Positions 8,312 through 16,639 of a DNA stretch of 64,000 bases are shown here, one piece after another. Origin of the DNA: an uncultured Gemmatimonadales bacterium (GTDB taxonomy: Bacteria; Gemmatimonadota; Gemmatimonadetes; Gemmatimonadales; GWC2-71-9). The position numbers and the translations under genes are program-made. Numbering within the stretch: the stretch's first letter is position 1; every line of letters begins with the position of its first letter. The stretch is from contig CAVZZO010000003.1 in the NCBI GenBank assembly GCA_963779755.1, positions 32,001-96,000 on the forward strand. The letters run 5' to 3'. A model generated the notes under the pieces. That model ran no database searches and had not been told where the DNA came from. It saw only the letters and a list, made by a program, of their open reading frames with translations.

Positions 8312-9597
8312 AACGCAAAGGTCGCATCTACTGGCGCGTCCGGGGCGGCGAGCGGCGGGCCTATGCGGACTTCCGCGACTTCGCGGACGTGGGCGGAGGA
8401 CGAGAAGCACTGCGGCCGGCGGGGGCCGCGCTCGCCACCAACGACCCCGCGGTCGCCCGCGTGCTGGCGGATCGGCGCCTTGCCGAGCTCCAGGCCCTCC
8501 GCCGTCAGCGCGCCGTCCTGGGGGAGGGGCGCGCCTCGGCCACCCTGGGGGCCTACGCCAGCCGTCACCTCGTCCTCAAGAAGGAGTCCGCACGGTTCAC
8601 GGACGGCACGATTGCCGCCGCCGAGCACTACCTCGAGCGCGCGGTCGCCTACTTCGGCGCCTCGCGCGCCCTCATGAGTCTCACCGTGGCGGACGTGCAG
8701 GGGTGGATTGAACACCTCAAGCGGTCGCACCCGGGGCGGGGCAGAGGCAAGCGCAACCTCTCCGGCGGGACGCTGCGCCACCACATCAACGCTCTCTCCA
8801 ACCTCTACGAGCGGGCGAAATCCGAAAACCTCGTGGTCGGCTCCTACAACCCGGTCGCCAATATCCTCCGGGGCGAGAAGCCGACGGGACGGCGAGCGGA
8901 AGCCCGCTGGCTCGAAGTCCACGAGACGGCGCTCTTACTGGAAGCGGCCCGGCGGGTCGATCCCCGGCGCCCGGAGACGTGCCGCTGCCTGCACGTGCTG
9001 CTCGCCACCATGGCGCTCACCGGCGGGCGGAAGTCGGAAGTTCTCGGCCTCACGGGAGACGACGTGAGCCTCGAGCGCAAGACGGTGACGTTCCGCCCCA
9101 ATGACTGGCGCCGCCTCAAGACGGCCACGAGCTGGCGCACGGTGCCGCTCTGGGCCCAACTCGAAGCCATCCTCGGCCCCTATCTGGTGCCGGTGGACCG
9201 GACGCCCCGCACCGGCCTTCTGTTTCCCACGATCGACCGGAACGGGCGCACCGTCCCGCTCGTGGATTTCCGGAAGGCGTTGGATACCGTGGCCGTTGCC
9301 GCCGGCTGGAAGGCGGGTGAGATTACCACCAAGATGCTCCGCCATACCTACTGCGCTGCGCGGATTCAGACGCTGGATCGCGGGGCCCCGGTGAGCCTCT
9401 ACACCGTCGCCAAGGAGATGGGGCATGGCGGGGATGCGCTGGTGAAACGCATCTACGGCCACCTGGGGCAGGTGCGCCACCGGGCCGAGGTGGTCGAGTA
9501 CCGGATCGAGCAGCACCTCCCGGCCCTCCGGGAGCGGATGGAAGGGCTGCCGTGGTGCCAACCGTTCTTGACACCACGAGACGCCGAAGTCGTGTAA
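8308..9597 (+). CDS. int: Tyrosine recombinase/integrase
   Basis: TGGRKSE (R), RRLKT (K), KMLRHT, MGH, IYGH (Y); AAGGAG SD. Confidence 0.95.
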   Translation: MKRKGRIYWRVRGGERRAYADFRDFADVGGGREALRPAGAALATNDPAVARVLADRRLAELQALRRQRAVLGEGRASATLGAYASRHLVLKKESARFTDGTIAAAEHYLERAVAYFGASRALMSLTVADVQGWIEHLKRSHPGRGRGKRNLSGGTLRHHINALSNLYERAKSENLVVGSYNPVANILRGEKPTGRRAEARWLEVHETALLLEAARRVDPRRPETCRCLHVLLATMALTGGRKSEVLGLTGDDVSLERKTVTFRPNDWRRLKTATSWRTVPLWAQLEAILGPYLVPVDRTPRTGLLFPTIDRNGRTVPLVDFRKALDTVAVAAGWKAGEITTKMLRHTYCAARIQTLDRGAPVSLYTVAKEMGHGGDALVKRIYGHLGQVRHRAEVVEYRIEQHLPALRERMEGLPWCQPFLTPRDAEVV

Positions 9598-9606
9598 GTT
9601 GTTCCC

Positions 9607-9680
9607 GCGCCCGTAGCTCAGTTGGATAGAGCATCGGCCTTCTAAGCCGAGGGTCGCAGGTTCGAATCCTGCCGGGCGCA
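9607..9680 (+). tRNA. tRNA-Arg(TCT), no encoded CCA
   Basis: GCGCCCG acceptor stem, D-loop, anticodon loop CT-TCT-AA, GGTTCGAATCC T-loop. Confidence 0.97.
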
Positions 9681-9930
9681 TCCGCCGTTTCCCCCTCCCT
9701 GAATCCAATCCAGGATGGTCGCATCAGCCCGCCAGCGCGTGCAGGATACGTCACACTGACCAGAAAATCCTGTTGTTTTTAATACAGCTGCACGGCCCGG
9801 GCGCTCCCGTGCGACCTTCCCGGCGTGAATCTCATCCAGATTGTAGGGGTCATTCCTGTCTGGTATCGGCGTAACCCCGGCATCATCGTTGAATGTCGTT
9901 TTTGGGACTGTTCAAACCGGAGGAACTCCG

Positions 9931-10272
9931 ATGTGCCAGCAGTGCCGCGGCGCCGTGGAGGAATCGCTCATCGAGGCCAGCCGCGATCCCCATCTGATCG
10001 CCCTGGTCCTGGCCGGGCATACGGAAGCCAAGTGGTTTCGCGAGCATCTGCGGCTTGCCATCCTCGAACTGCGGACCGAAGAACGCACCCCCGCCGACCT
10101 GGCTGCCCGGCTGGCGGAGCTGGGCAAGGAATGTCCCGCCGTCAGCGGTCATTGCGGAAAACTCCTGCAGCAGGCAGGCACCATGGCCGAGCAGTGGTGC
10201 AGTGAAGCACTGCCCTCCCTGCGGCCCGAGCGGGGTCCCGCCCCCTATCCCGGCCGGGCCCGGGCCCGCTGA
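9931..10272 (+). CDS. Hypothetical protein with N-terminal CxxC
   Basis: GGAGG SD, 113-aa ORF with host-like codon usage. Confidence 0.65.
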   Translation: MCQQCRGAVEESLIEASRDPHLIALVLAGHTEAKWFREHLRLAILELRTEERTPADLAARLAELGKECPAVSGHCGKLLQQAGTMAEQWCSEALPSLRPERGPAPYPGRARAR

Positions 10273-10423
10273 GCCCGGGACAGTTCGTCTCCCGGGCGCA
10301 GGATTGTCCCGGGCATCCTGTCCTCCCCCGGCGCGCTGCGCCCGTTTCCCCAGGTAATCCCGCCCGATGCCGCGGCGGGATTCTTGCATTTTTGCCTCGG
10401 GACCCTATCAGGAAGAATGCGGC

Positions 10424-10642
10424 ATGTTGGAGAATATCGGATTCAGCGAGCTGCTGATGATCGGGGTGGTGGTGATGCTGCTCTTCGGCGCCCGCCGCCT
10501 TCCCGAGATCGGGCAGTCACTGGGGCAGGGGATCCGCGAGTTCAAGCGCAGCCTCTCGGGGGTCGACGATCCCCCGGCCCAGCCGCCGGGCCCATTGCCC
10601 CCGCCTGTGGAGTCCGAGCCTCGGCGGCTGGGTCAGGCCTAA
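10424..10642 (+). CDS. tatA: Twin-arginine translocase TatA/E
   Basis: IGFSELL...LLFGARRLPEIGQSLGQGIREFK. Confidence 0.92.
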   Translation: MLENIGFSELLMIGVVVMLLFGARRLPEIGQSLGQGIREFKRSLSGVDDPPAQPPGPLPPPVESEPRRLGQA

Positions 10643-12180
10643 TCGGCCATCATGGGAGCCTCGGTCGTGACGGCTCTCCGGCTCAGGAACAAGGCCAGCG
10701 GTACCGCCAGGACGAAGAGAATCGCCACCAGGGCAAACACGTGGTTGTAGGCCAGAATCGCCGCCTGCCGCATGAGCTTGAGGTCCAGCAGTTCCAGCGC
10801 GCGATGCCGGGCGGCGTTGAGGTCGGCCAGGGTGCGCGACATTCCGCCGGTGGCGCCCCGCAGGAAGCGCCGCACCACCGGCCGTGACAGAGTAAGATGC
10901 GTGTCCAGCACCGCCCGGTAGCGCGACGTCCCCACCGTGAGCTGCGTCGCCGCAATGGCAATGCCCACGCTGCCGAAGACTTGCCGCACCACGTTATAGA
11001 GGCCCGTGGCCGCCGTCATCTTCGGCTTGGGGATGTTGGCCAGCGCCGCAGTGCTGAGCGCCACGAAAATGAGGCTGAAGCCCACTCCCTGCCACACCTG
11101 CGGCCAGAAGATGTCCCAGAACCCCACGTCGGTGGTGAGATGGGCCAGCTCCCAGAATGAAAAGGCGCTCACCATTAGCCCCACCGCCACCAGCAGTCGC
11201 GGCCCCAGCCGGTTGTAGAACCGGCCGCTGATCGGCATGATCACCGCCATGGCCAGGCTGCGGGGCATGAGCGCCAGCCCGGAGAGAAACGCCGTGTAGC
11301 CCAGCAGATTCTGCAGCAGCAGCGGCAGCAGAAAGAGCGTGCCGTAGAGGCCCATGCCCAGTACGCCGCCCAGCGAGGTGGCCGAGGTGAAGGAGCCGTC
11401 CTTCAGAATGCGCAGGTCCACCGCTGGTCGTCGAACCCGCAGTTCCCGCCAGACGAAAAGGGCCATGCCCACCGCCGCCAGAATGGCGAGCCGCACAATG
11501 AACCCCGACGAAAACCAGTCCTCGCGCTCGCCCTGCTCCAGCATGAGCTGCAGCGAGCCCAGCCCCAGGGCCATGAACCCCAGGCCCAGCCAGTCGATCA
11601 TGCCGGTATCGCGCTCGAGATAGTGCGGATCCTCGATGAACCGGCTGACCAGCGCCAGGTTCAGCAGCCCGATCGGGACATTGATGAAGAAGATCCAGGG
11701 CCAACTGTAGTGGTCGGTGAGCCAGCCGCCCAGGGTGGGGCCGAACGCGGGCGCCAGCACCACGCCCATGCCGTAGATCCCCATGGCCATGCCCTGTTCC
11801 TCGGCTGGGAAGGTCTCCCGCAGAATTGCCTGAGGGACGGTGATGAGCACGCCGCCGCCGATCCCCTGCAGCACCCGGAAGACGATCATCAGTTCCAGGG
11901 AGCGGGCCAGGCCGCAGGCCATCGAGGCGAGGGTGAAGGCCAGGACGCTCAGCATGAACAGCCGCTTCCGGCCGATCCGTCCTGCCACCAGCGCCACCAG
12001 GGGCATGGTGATGACGTTGGCCAGGAGGTATCCGCTCACCACCCAGGTGATCTGCTCGACACTGGCGCCCAGCGTTCCCTGCATATCGGGCAGGGCGACG
12101 TTCACGATGCTGGAGTCCAGGACTGCCATCACCGTGCCGGTGAGGACCGTGCCGGTCACCACCCATTTGTTCGTCTGCAT
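10639..12180 (-). CDS. DHA2 (EmrB/QacA) MFS efflux transporter
   Basis: LDSSIVNVALP, GPTLGGWLTD, WPWIFFINVPIG. Confidence 0.93.
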   Translation of the reverse strand: MQTNKWVVTGTVLTGTVMAVLDSSIVNVALPDMQGTLGASVEQITWVVSGYLLANVITMPLVALVAGRIGRKRLFMLSVLAFTLASMACGLARSLELMIVFRVLQGIGGGVLITVPQAILRETFPAEEQGMAMGIYGMGVVLAPAFGPTLGGWLTDHYSWPWIFFINVPIGLLNLALVSRFIEDPHYLERDTGMIDWLGLGFMALGLGSLQLMLEQGEREDWFSSGFIVRLAILAAVGMALFVWRELRVRRPAVDLRILKDGSFTSATSLGGVLGMGLYGTLFLLPLLLQNLLGYTAFLSGLALMPRSLAMAVIMPISGRFYNRLGPRLLVAVGLMVSAFSFWELAHLTTDVGFWDIFWPQVWQGVGFSLIFVALSTAALANIPKPKMTAATGLYNVVRQVFGSVGIAIAATQLTVGTSRYRAVLDTHLTLSRPVVRRFLRGATGGMSRTLADLNAARHRALELLDLKLMRQAAILAYNHVFALVAILFVLAVPLALFLSRRAVTTEAPMMAD

Positions 12181-12282
12181 AGCGCTCCCGCGCTGGGACT
12201 GGTGCCGGCCGCGGAAGGCGTATAGCCTTGGGGCAGGCCAACAACGCTCATCGCAATCGACTCTCGACCCGGGCAATCGTCA

Positions 12283-12648
12283 ATGCCGGATTCCAGCGAC
12301 AAGTCGCGCGCTGTTGCCCTGATCCTCGCCATCCTGGTAGGGGTGTTCGGGGTCCATCGCTTCTATGCGGGCAAGGTGGGCACCGGTATCCTCATGTTGC
12401 TGACCCTGGGCGGCCTGGGGATCTGGTACATCTACGATATCGTCCTCATCGCCTCGGGCGCATTTCGCGATGCCGACGGCAAGCGCCTCATCGCCTGGGA
12501 ACCGGGCGAGGCCGAAATGCGGCTCGAAGCCCCCGCGGAACTACTGGAGGAACTGGAAGCCCTCCGGGCCGAGGTCGCCGAGCTGGCCGAACGCGTGGAC
12601 TTCACTGAACGGTTGCTGACCAAGTCGCCGGAGGACCAGCAACCGTAG
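12283..12648 (+). CDS. TM2-domain protein with C-terminal coiled coil
   Basis: KSRAVALILA..GVFGVHRFYAGK.GTGIL..LTLGGLGIW...D. Confidence 0.88.
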   Translation: MPDSSDKSRAVALILAILVGVFGVHRFYAGKVGTGILMLLTLGGLGIWYIYDIVLIASGAFRDADGKRLIAWEPGEAEMRLEAPAELLEELEALRAEVAELAERVDFTERLLTKSPEDQQP

Positions 12649-12650
12649 GG

Positions 12651-12709
12651 GCGGTAGAGTCGGGAAGGGCGGGAGTCACCCGCGACCGACCTGACCGCCC
12701 TGACCGCCT
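12651..12709. repeat. Nonamer tandem repeat with imperfect palindrome
   Basis: GACCGACCT/GACCGCCCT/GACCGCC units facing a GGCGGT...GGGCGG arm. Confidence 0.45.
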
Positions 12710-12715
12710 TTCGCC

Positions 12716-14080
12716 CTGACAGCCCCTACCGCCATTCCAGCCCCATCCCCGTTCCGGGCGCTCCTCCGCCTCGCCGCGCCCATCGTCCTGGTGCAAGTCG
12801 GCATGATGTTCATGGGCGTGGTGGATACGCTCATGGTAGGGCGGGTCTCGCCCGCCGCACTCGCCGCCGTGGCGCTGGGGAACGTCTATTTCTTCGGCCC
12901 CAGCATTTTTGTCCTCGGCGTGCTCATGGCGCTGGATCCCGTGATGGCCCAGGCGGTCGGCGCGGGAGATGAACCCGCCATCCGTCGAGGCCTGCAGCGG
13001 GGGCTGCTGCTGGCCGCGCTGCTCACGGTTCCCGTCTGCCTGCTCTTTCTGTTCGCGGGACCCTTCATGCGGGCGTTGGGCCAGCCGGCGCCGGTGGTCC
13101 CGCTGGTGCATGGTTATGTGCTGCGGCTCATCCCCGGCATGCTGCCGTTCTTCGTGTTCGGCGTGTTGCGCCAGAGCCTGCAGGCCATGGGCCGCATGCG
13201 GGCCATCGTGCTCAGCATCCTGGCCGCCAATCTCGCCAATGTGGTCTGCAACTGGGCCTTCATTTTCGGCCACCTGGGATTCCCCGCCATGGGCGTGGCC
13301 GGCTCCGCCTGGTCCACCAGCATCAACCGCTGGCTCATGGCCGCTCTGTTGCTGGGGCTCGGCGGCTATCATCTCCGGCAGTATCTGCGTTCGCTGGATC
13401 CCCTGCTGTTCCGGCTCGCTCCCCTGGGCCGGATGGCGCGGCTCGGCGCGCCCATCGGCGCGCAGATGCTGCTGGAATACGGTGCCTTCGCCGCCATTGC
13501 CCTCCTCATGGGCCGGCTGGGCACCATCGAGGTTGCTGGGCACCAGGTGGCCCTCAACCTGGCCAGCGCGACCTTCATGGTGCCGCTGGGGATGGGACAG
13601 GCCGTGGCGGTGCTGGTGGGCCATGCCATCGGCCGGGGGGATCCGGCGGCGGCGCGCCGGGCCGCCCGCACCGCGCTGCTGGCCGGTACCGGCTTTATGG
13701 CCCTCACCGCCGCCGCATTCCTCCTGTTCCCGGCATTCTTCGCTCGCCTGTATACCGATGAAGGGGCGGTGGTCGCGATGGCGGCCTCGCTCATTCCCAT
13801 TGCGGGGCTGTTTCAGGTATTCGACGGCCTGCAGGCGGTGGCCGCGGGCGTGCTGCGCGGAGCAGGGGATACCCGCGTGCCCATGCTGATCAACGTGCTC
13901 GGCTTCTGGCTGCTGGGGATTCCGGTGAGCGTGTTCCTTGGCTTCCGCCTGGGCCTCGGACCGGTCGGACTCTGGTGGGGCTTCGTCGTGGGTCTGGGGG
14001 CGGTCGCCATGTTGCTGCTGCTCCGCACCCGGGTGCATCTGGGACGGGCGCTGGAACGGGTGTGGATCGACAGGCACTAG
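12716..14080 (+). CDS. MATE family efflux transporter (NorM-like); probable CTG start
   Basis: LLRLAAPIVLVQVGMM, DTLMVGR, GVLRGAGDTR; conserved N-terminus lies upstream of the first GTG (12791). Confidence 0.9.
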   Translation: MTAPTAIPAPSPFRALLRLAAPIVLVQVGMMFMGVVDTLMVGRVSPAALAAVALGNVYFFGPSIFVLGVLMALDPVMAQAVGAGDEPAIRRGLQRGLLLAALLTVPVCLLFLFAGPFMRALGQPAPVVPLVHGYVLRLIPGMLPFFVFGVLRQSLQAMGRMRAIVLSILAANLANVVCNWAFIFGHLGFPAMGVAGSAWSTSINRWLMAALLLGLGGYHLRQYLRSLDPLLFRLAPLGRMARLGAPIGAQMLLEYGAFAAIALLMGRLGTIEVAGHQVALNLASATFMVPLGMGQAVAVLVGHAIGRGDPAAARRAARTALLAGTGFMALTAAAFLLFPAFFARLYTDEGAVVAMAASLIPIAGLFQVFDGLQAVAAGVLRGAGDTRVPMLINVLGFWLLGIPVSVFLGFRLGLGPVGLWWGFVVGLGAVAMLLLLRTRVHLGRALERVWIDRH

Positions 14081-14223
14081 GGCGGAGCTGGGGCGTGGTA
14101 GCTCTCGCTCATCTCGAGGGCGGGCTTCTGCTTGGTTGCATGGGCAGCTTGACGGGGTAACGAATTCAGGTTCGAAGACAGCCCCTTCACTTCTCACCTC
14201 TCACGTCTTACTTCTCCCTTGTC

Positions 14224-14739
14224 ATGCCATCCTTCGACTCCCTCCTCGCCGAAACCCTCGAAGCCTGGCGCGACGCCCGCGAGGGCGTCATCGCCGAGCT
14301 GCGCAACATCCCCGACAAGCAGCTGGACTTCCGGCCGGAGGCGGGAGCCCGCTCCGTGCGCGAGCTGGCACAGCACATTCTGGAAGTCGCCATGATGATG
14401 ACCGGCGAGTTGACCCGGCCCGACACCAACCTCCAGCGTGCTCCCTGGCCCAGACTGCTCGCGATGTATGCCAAACCTGCCTGGCGGGCAAAGAGCCGGG
14501 CGCGCCTGTTGGCGCTGCTGCGCTCGCAGCAGCGCGCCGGCGAGAAAAAGTTCCTGAAGGCCGGGGAGCTGCACCTGCTGCAACTCATTACCCGGTTCGA
14601 CGGTGAATTGGGTACCCGCCTCGCCTGGCTCAACCACGGGATCGCGCACGAGATGTACCACCGCGGCCAGCTGGCGCTGTATGCCCGCCTCATGGGCCGG
14701 ACGCCGGCGCTCACGAAGGCGATCGCCGGTGAAGGGTAA
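14224..14739 (+). CDS. DinB/YfiT-family protein
   Basis: LDFRP...RSVRELAQHI...HEMYHRGQL. Confidence 0.88.
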   Translation: MPSFDSLLAETLEAWRDAREGVIAELRNIPDKQLDFRPEAGARSVRELAQHILEVAMMMTGELTRPDTNLQRAPWPRLLAMYAKPAWRAKSRARLLALLRSQQRAGEKKFLKAGELHLLQLITRFDGELGTRLAWLNHGIAHEMYHRGQLALYARLMGRTPALTKAIAGEG

Positions 14740-14843
14740 GGGCTGGGAGTAAGGCGAGCCGATGCCTCTCGTCCGGCCTCGTTCTTCATCGCTGTTTCAC
14801 GCTTCGGACCCGCCCGGCTTCCTGCCCGACTAGATTTCCGAAC

Positions 14844-15518
14844 GTGCCTCCCTTCCGTTCCGTCGTTTTCGACTGCGATTCGACCCTCTCGGCCATCGAG
14901 GGGATCGAGGATCTGGCGGGGCCGCACCAGGGAGAAATCGCCCGGCTCACCCGCGCGGCCATGAACGGCGAAGTGCCGCTGGAGGAGGTTTACGGCCGGC
15001 GCCTGGAGATCATTCGGCCCAGCCGGCAGCAGGTCGAGGCCCTGGCCGGCCGCTACTGGGAGCGACGCATACCGGGAGCCGAGTCGGTGGTGCACCGCCT
15101 GCAGGAGGCCGGCATCATGGTGCGCGTCGTTTCGGGCGGCATCCGCCAGGCCGTCCTCCCGTTCGCACGACGGCTGGGGCTGGCCGCCGGCGCGGTCGCG
15201 GCGGTGGACCTGCGCTTCAGTTCCGATGGCGCGTACGCCGGCTTCGACACTGCCAGTCCGCTCGCGCGAACCGGCGGGAAACGCCGCATCATCGAGCAGT
15301 GGCGCGAGCTGCTGCCCGCTCCGGTGATGCTGGTGGGCGATGGCGCCACCGACCTCGAGGCGCGCCCGGCGGTCGACCTGTTCGTCGCCTTCGCCGGGGT
15401 CCTCCAGAATCCTGCCGTGCTCGCCCGGGCAGACCGTATCATCCGCGACCGATCGCTCGAATCCATTGTCGCCCTGGCCCGGGCCGGCGTAACCGCCGGC
15501 GCCCGGGCCGTACGCTAG
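14844..15518 (+). CDS. serB: HAD phosphoserine phosphatase
   Basis: FDCDSTL, VSGG, GGK, VGDGATD; next to serA. Confidence 0.85.
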   Translation: MPPFRSVVFDCDSTLSAIEGIEDLAGPHQGEIARLTRAAMNGEVPLEEVYGRRLEIIRPSRQQVEALAGRYWERRIPGAESVVHRLQEAGIMVRVVSGGIRQAVLPFARRLGLAAGAVAAVDLRFSSDGAYAGFDTASPLARTGGKRRIIEQWRELLPAPVMLVGDGATDLEARPAVDLFVAFAGVLQNPAVLARADRIIRDRSLESIVALARAGVTAGARAVR

Positions 15519-15526
15519 AGGCCGTT

Positions 15527-16639
15527 ATGACCGCTTCCTCCACCGCCACCACCGCCGCCTTCGGCCGCTTCTTCCTGCCGGGGCCTACCGAGGTCCGGCC
15601 CGAGATTCTCCAGGCCCAGGTCCAGCCCATGATCGGGCACCGGGGCAAGGGCATGGAGGAGCTCATCGCCCGGCTGGAGCCGCCGCTGCAGCGGGTCTTC
15701 CGCACCACCCGGCCTGTCTATATCTCGGCCAGCTCGGCCACCGGGTTAATGGAAGCGGCGGTGCGCAACTGCTCCCGCCGCCGGGTGCTCTCGCTGGTGA
15801 ACGGCGCCTTCAGCGACCGTTTCGCCCGCATCGCCCAGGCCTGCGGCCGTGATACCGACGTGCTCGAGGTGCCATGGGGCCAGGGGCACACCGCGGAACT
15901 GCTGGCGGCGAAGCTCAAGTCCGGCGATTACGATGCGGTCACCGTGGTCCACTCGGAGACGTCCACCGGTGTGCTGAACCCCATTCGGGAGCTGGCGCAG
16001 GCGGCGCACCAGGCCCCCGACACCATGCTGTTGGTGGACAGCGTCACCGGCATCGCGGGTGCACCGGTCGAAACCGACGCCTGGCAACTGGATTTCGTCC
16101 TCACCGGTTCGCAGAAGGCGCTGGCCCTCCCGCCGGGGCTGGCCTTTGCCGTCTGTGCCCCGCGCGCGCTGGAGCGGGCGGCCACGGTGCCGGACCGCGG
16201 TATCTATTTCGACCTGCCCGAATTCGAGAAGTACATCCGGAAGAACCAGACGCCGAACACGCCGGCCGTCTCGCTGCTCTATGCCCTGGGTGCTCAGTTG
16301 AAGCGCATCGAGGCCGAGTCCATCGAGGGCCGCTGGCGCCGGCACCAGCAGATGGCGCAACGGACCTGGGCCTGGGTGGACGAGATGCAGGCGCGGGGTG
16401 TGAACCTCTCCGTCCTGGCGCCCGAGGGGTTCCGCTCGCCGACGGTGACCTGCATCAAGCTGCCGGAGGGCCACAGCGGGCCCGAGGTCACCGCCGCGCT
16501 CAAGGGCCGCGGGTTTGTCATCGGCGCGGGCTACGGGAAACTCAAGGACCCCACCATCCGGATCGGGCACATGGGCGATCATACCGTGGCGGAGCTGGAC
16601 CAGCTCCTGGAGGCGCTGGCGGAGGTGCTGCTTTCATGA
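15527..16639 (+). CDS. Class V (AGT/SPT-type) aminotransferase
   Basis: FLPGPT, HSETSTG, VDSVT, GSQKALALPPGL. Confidence 0.9.
   Translation: MTASSTATTAAFGRFFLPGPTEVRPEILQAQVQPMIGHRGKGMEELIARLEPPLQRVFRTTRPVYISASSATGLMEAAVRNCSRRRVLSLVNGAFSDRFARIAQACGRDTDVLEVPWGQGHTAELLAAKLKSGDYDAVTVVHSETSTGVLNPIRELAQAAHQAPDTMLLVDSVTGIAGAPVETDAWQLDFVLTGSQKALALPPGLAFAVCAPRALERAATVPDRGIYFDLPEFEKYIRKNQTPNTPAVSLLYALGAQLKRIEAESIEGRWRRHQQMAQRTWAWVDEMQARGVNLSVLAPEGFRSPTVTCIKLPEGHSGPEVTAALKGRGFVIGAGYGKLKDPTIRIGHMGDHTVAELDQLLEALAEVLLS

Larger units (their letters stand above)
1..9597. mobile_element. Integrated phage-satellite-like/PICI-like or defective prophage element next to tRNA-Arg; left end outside the window
   Basis: Integrase, divergent repressor/xis switch, replication module, and capsid and tape-measure-like genes, bounded on the right by a tRNA. 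Confidence 0.9.

Noticed and set aside
9568..9600. TTGACA...TAAGTT as a canonical sigma-70 promoter for the tRNA
   Set aside because: The spacer is 21 nt, too long; only the -10 element is retained as plausible
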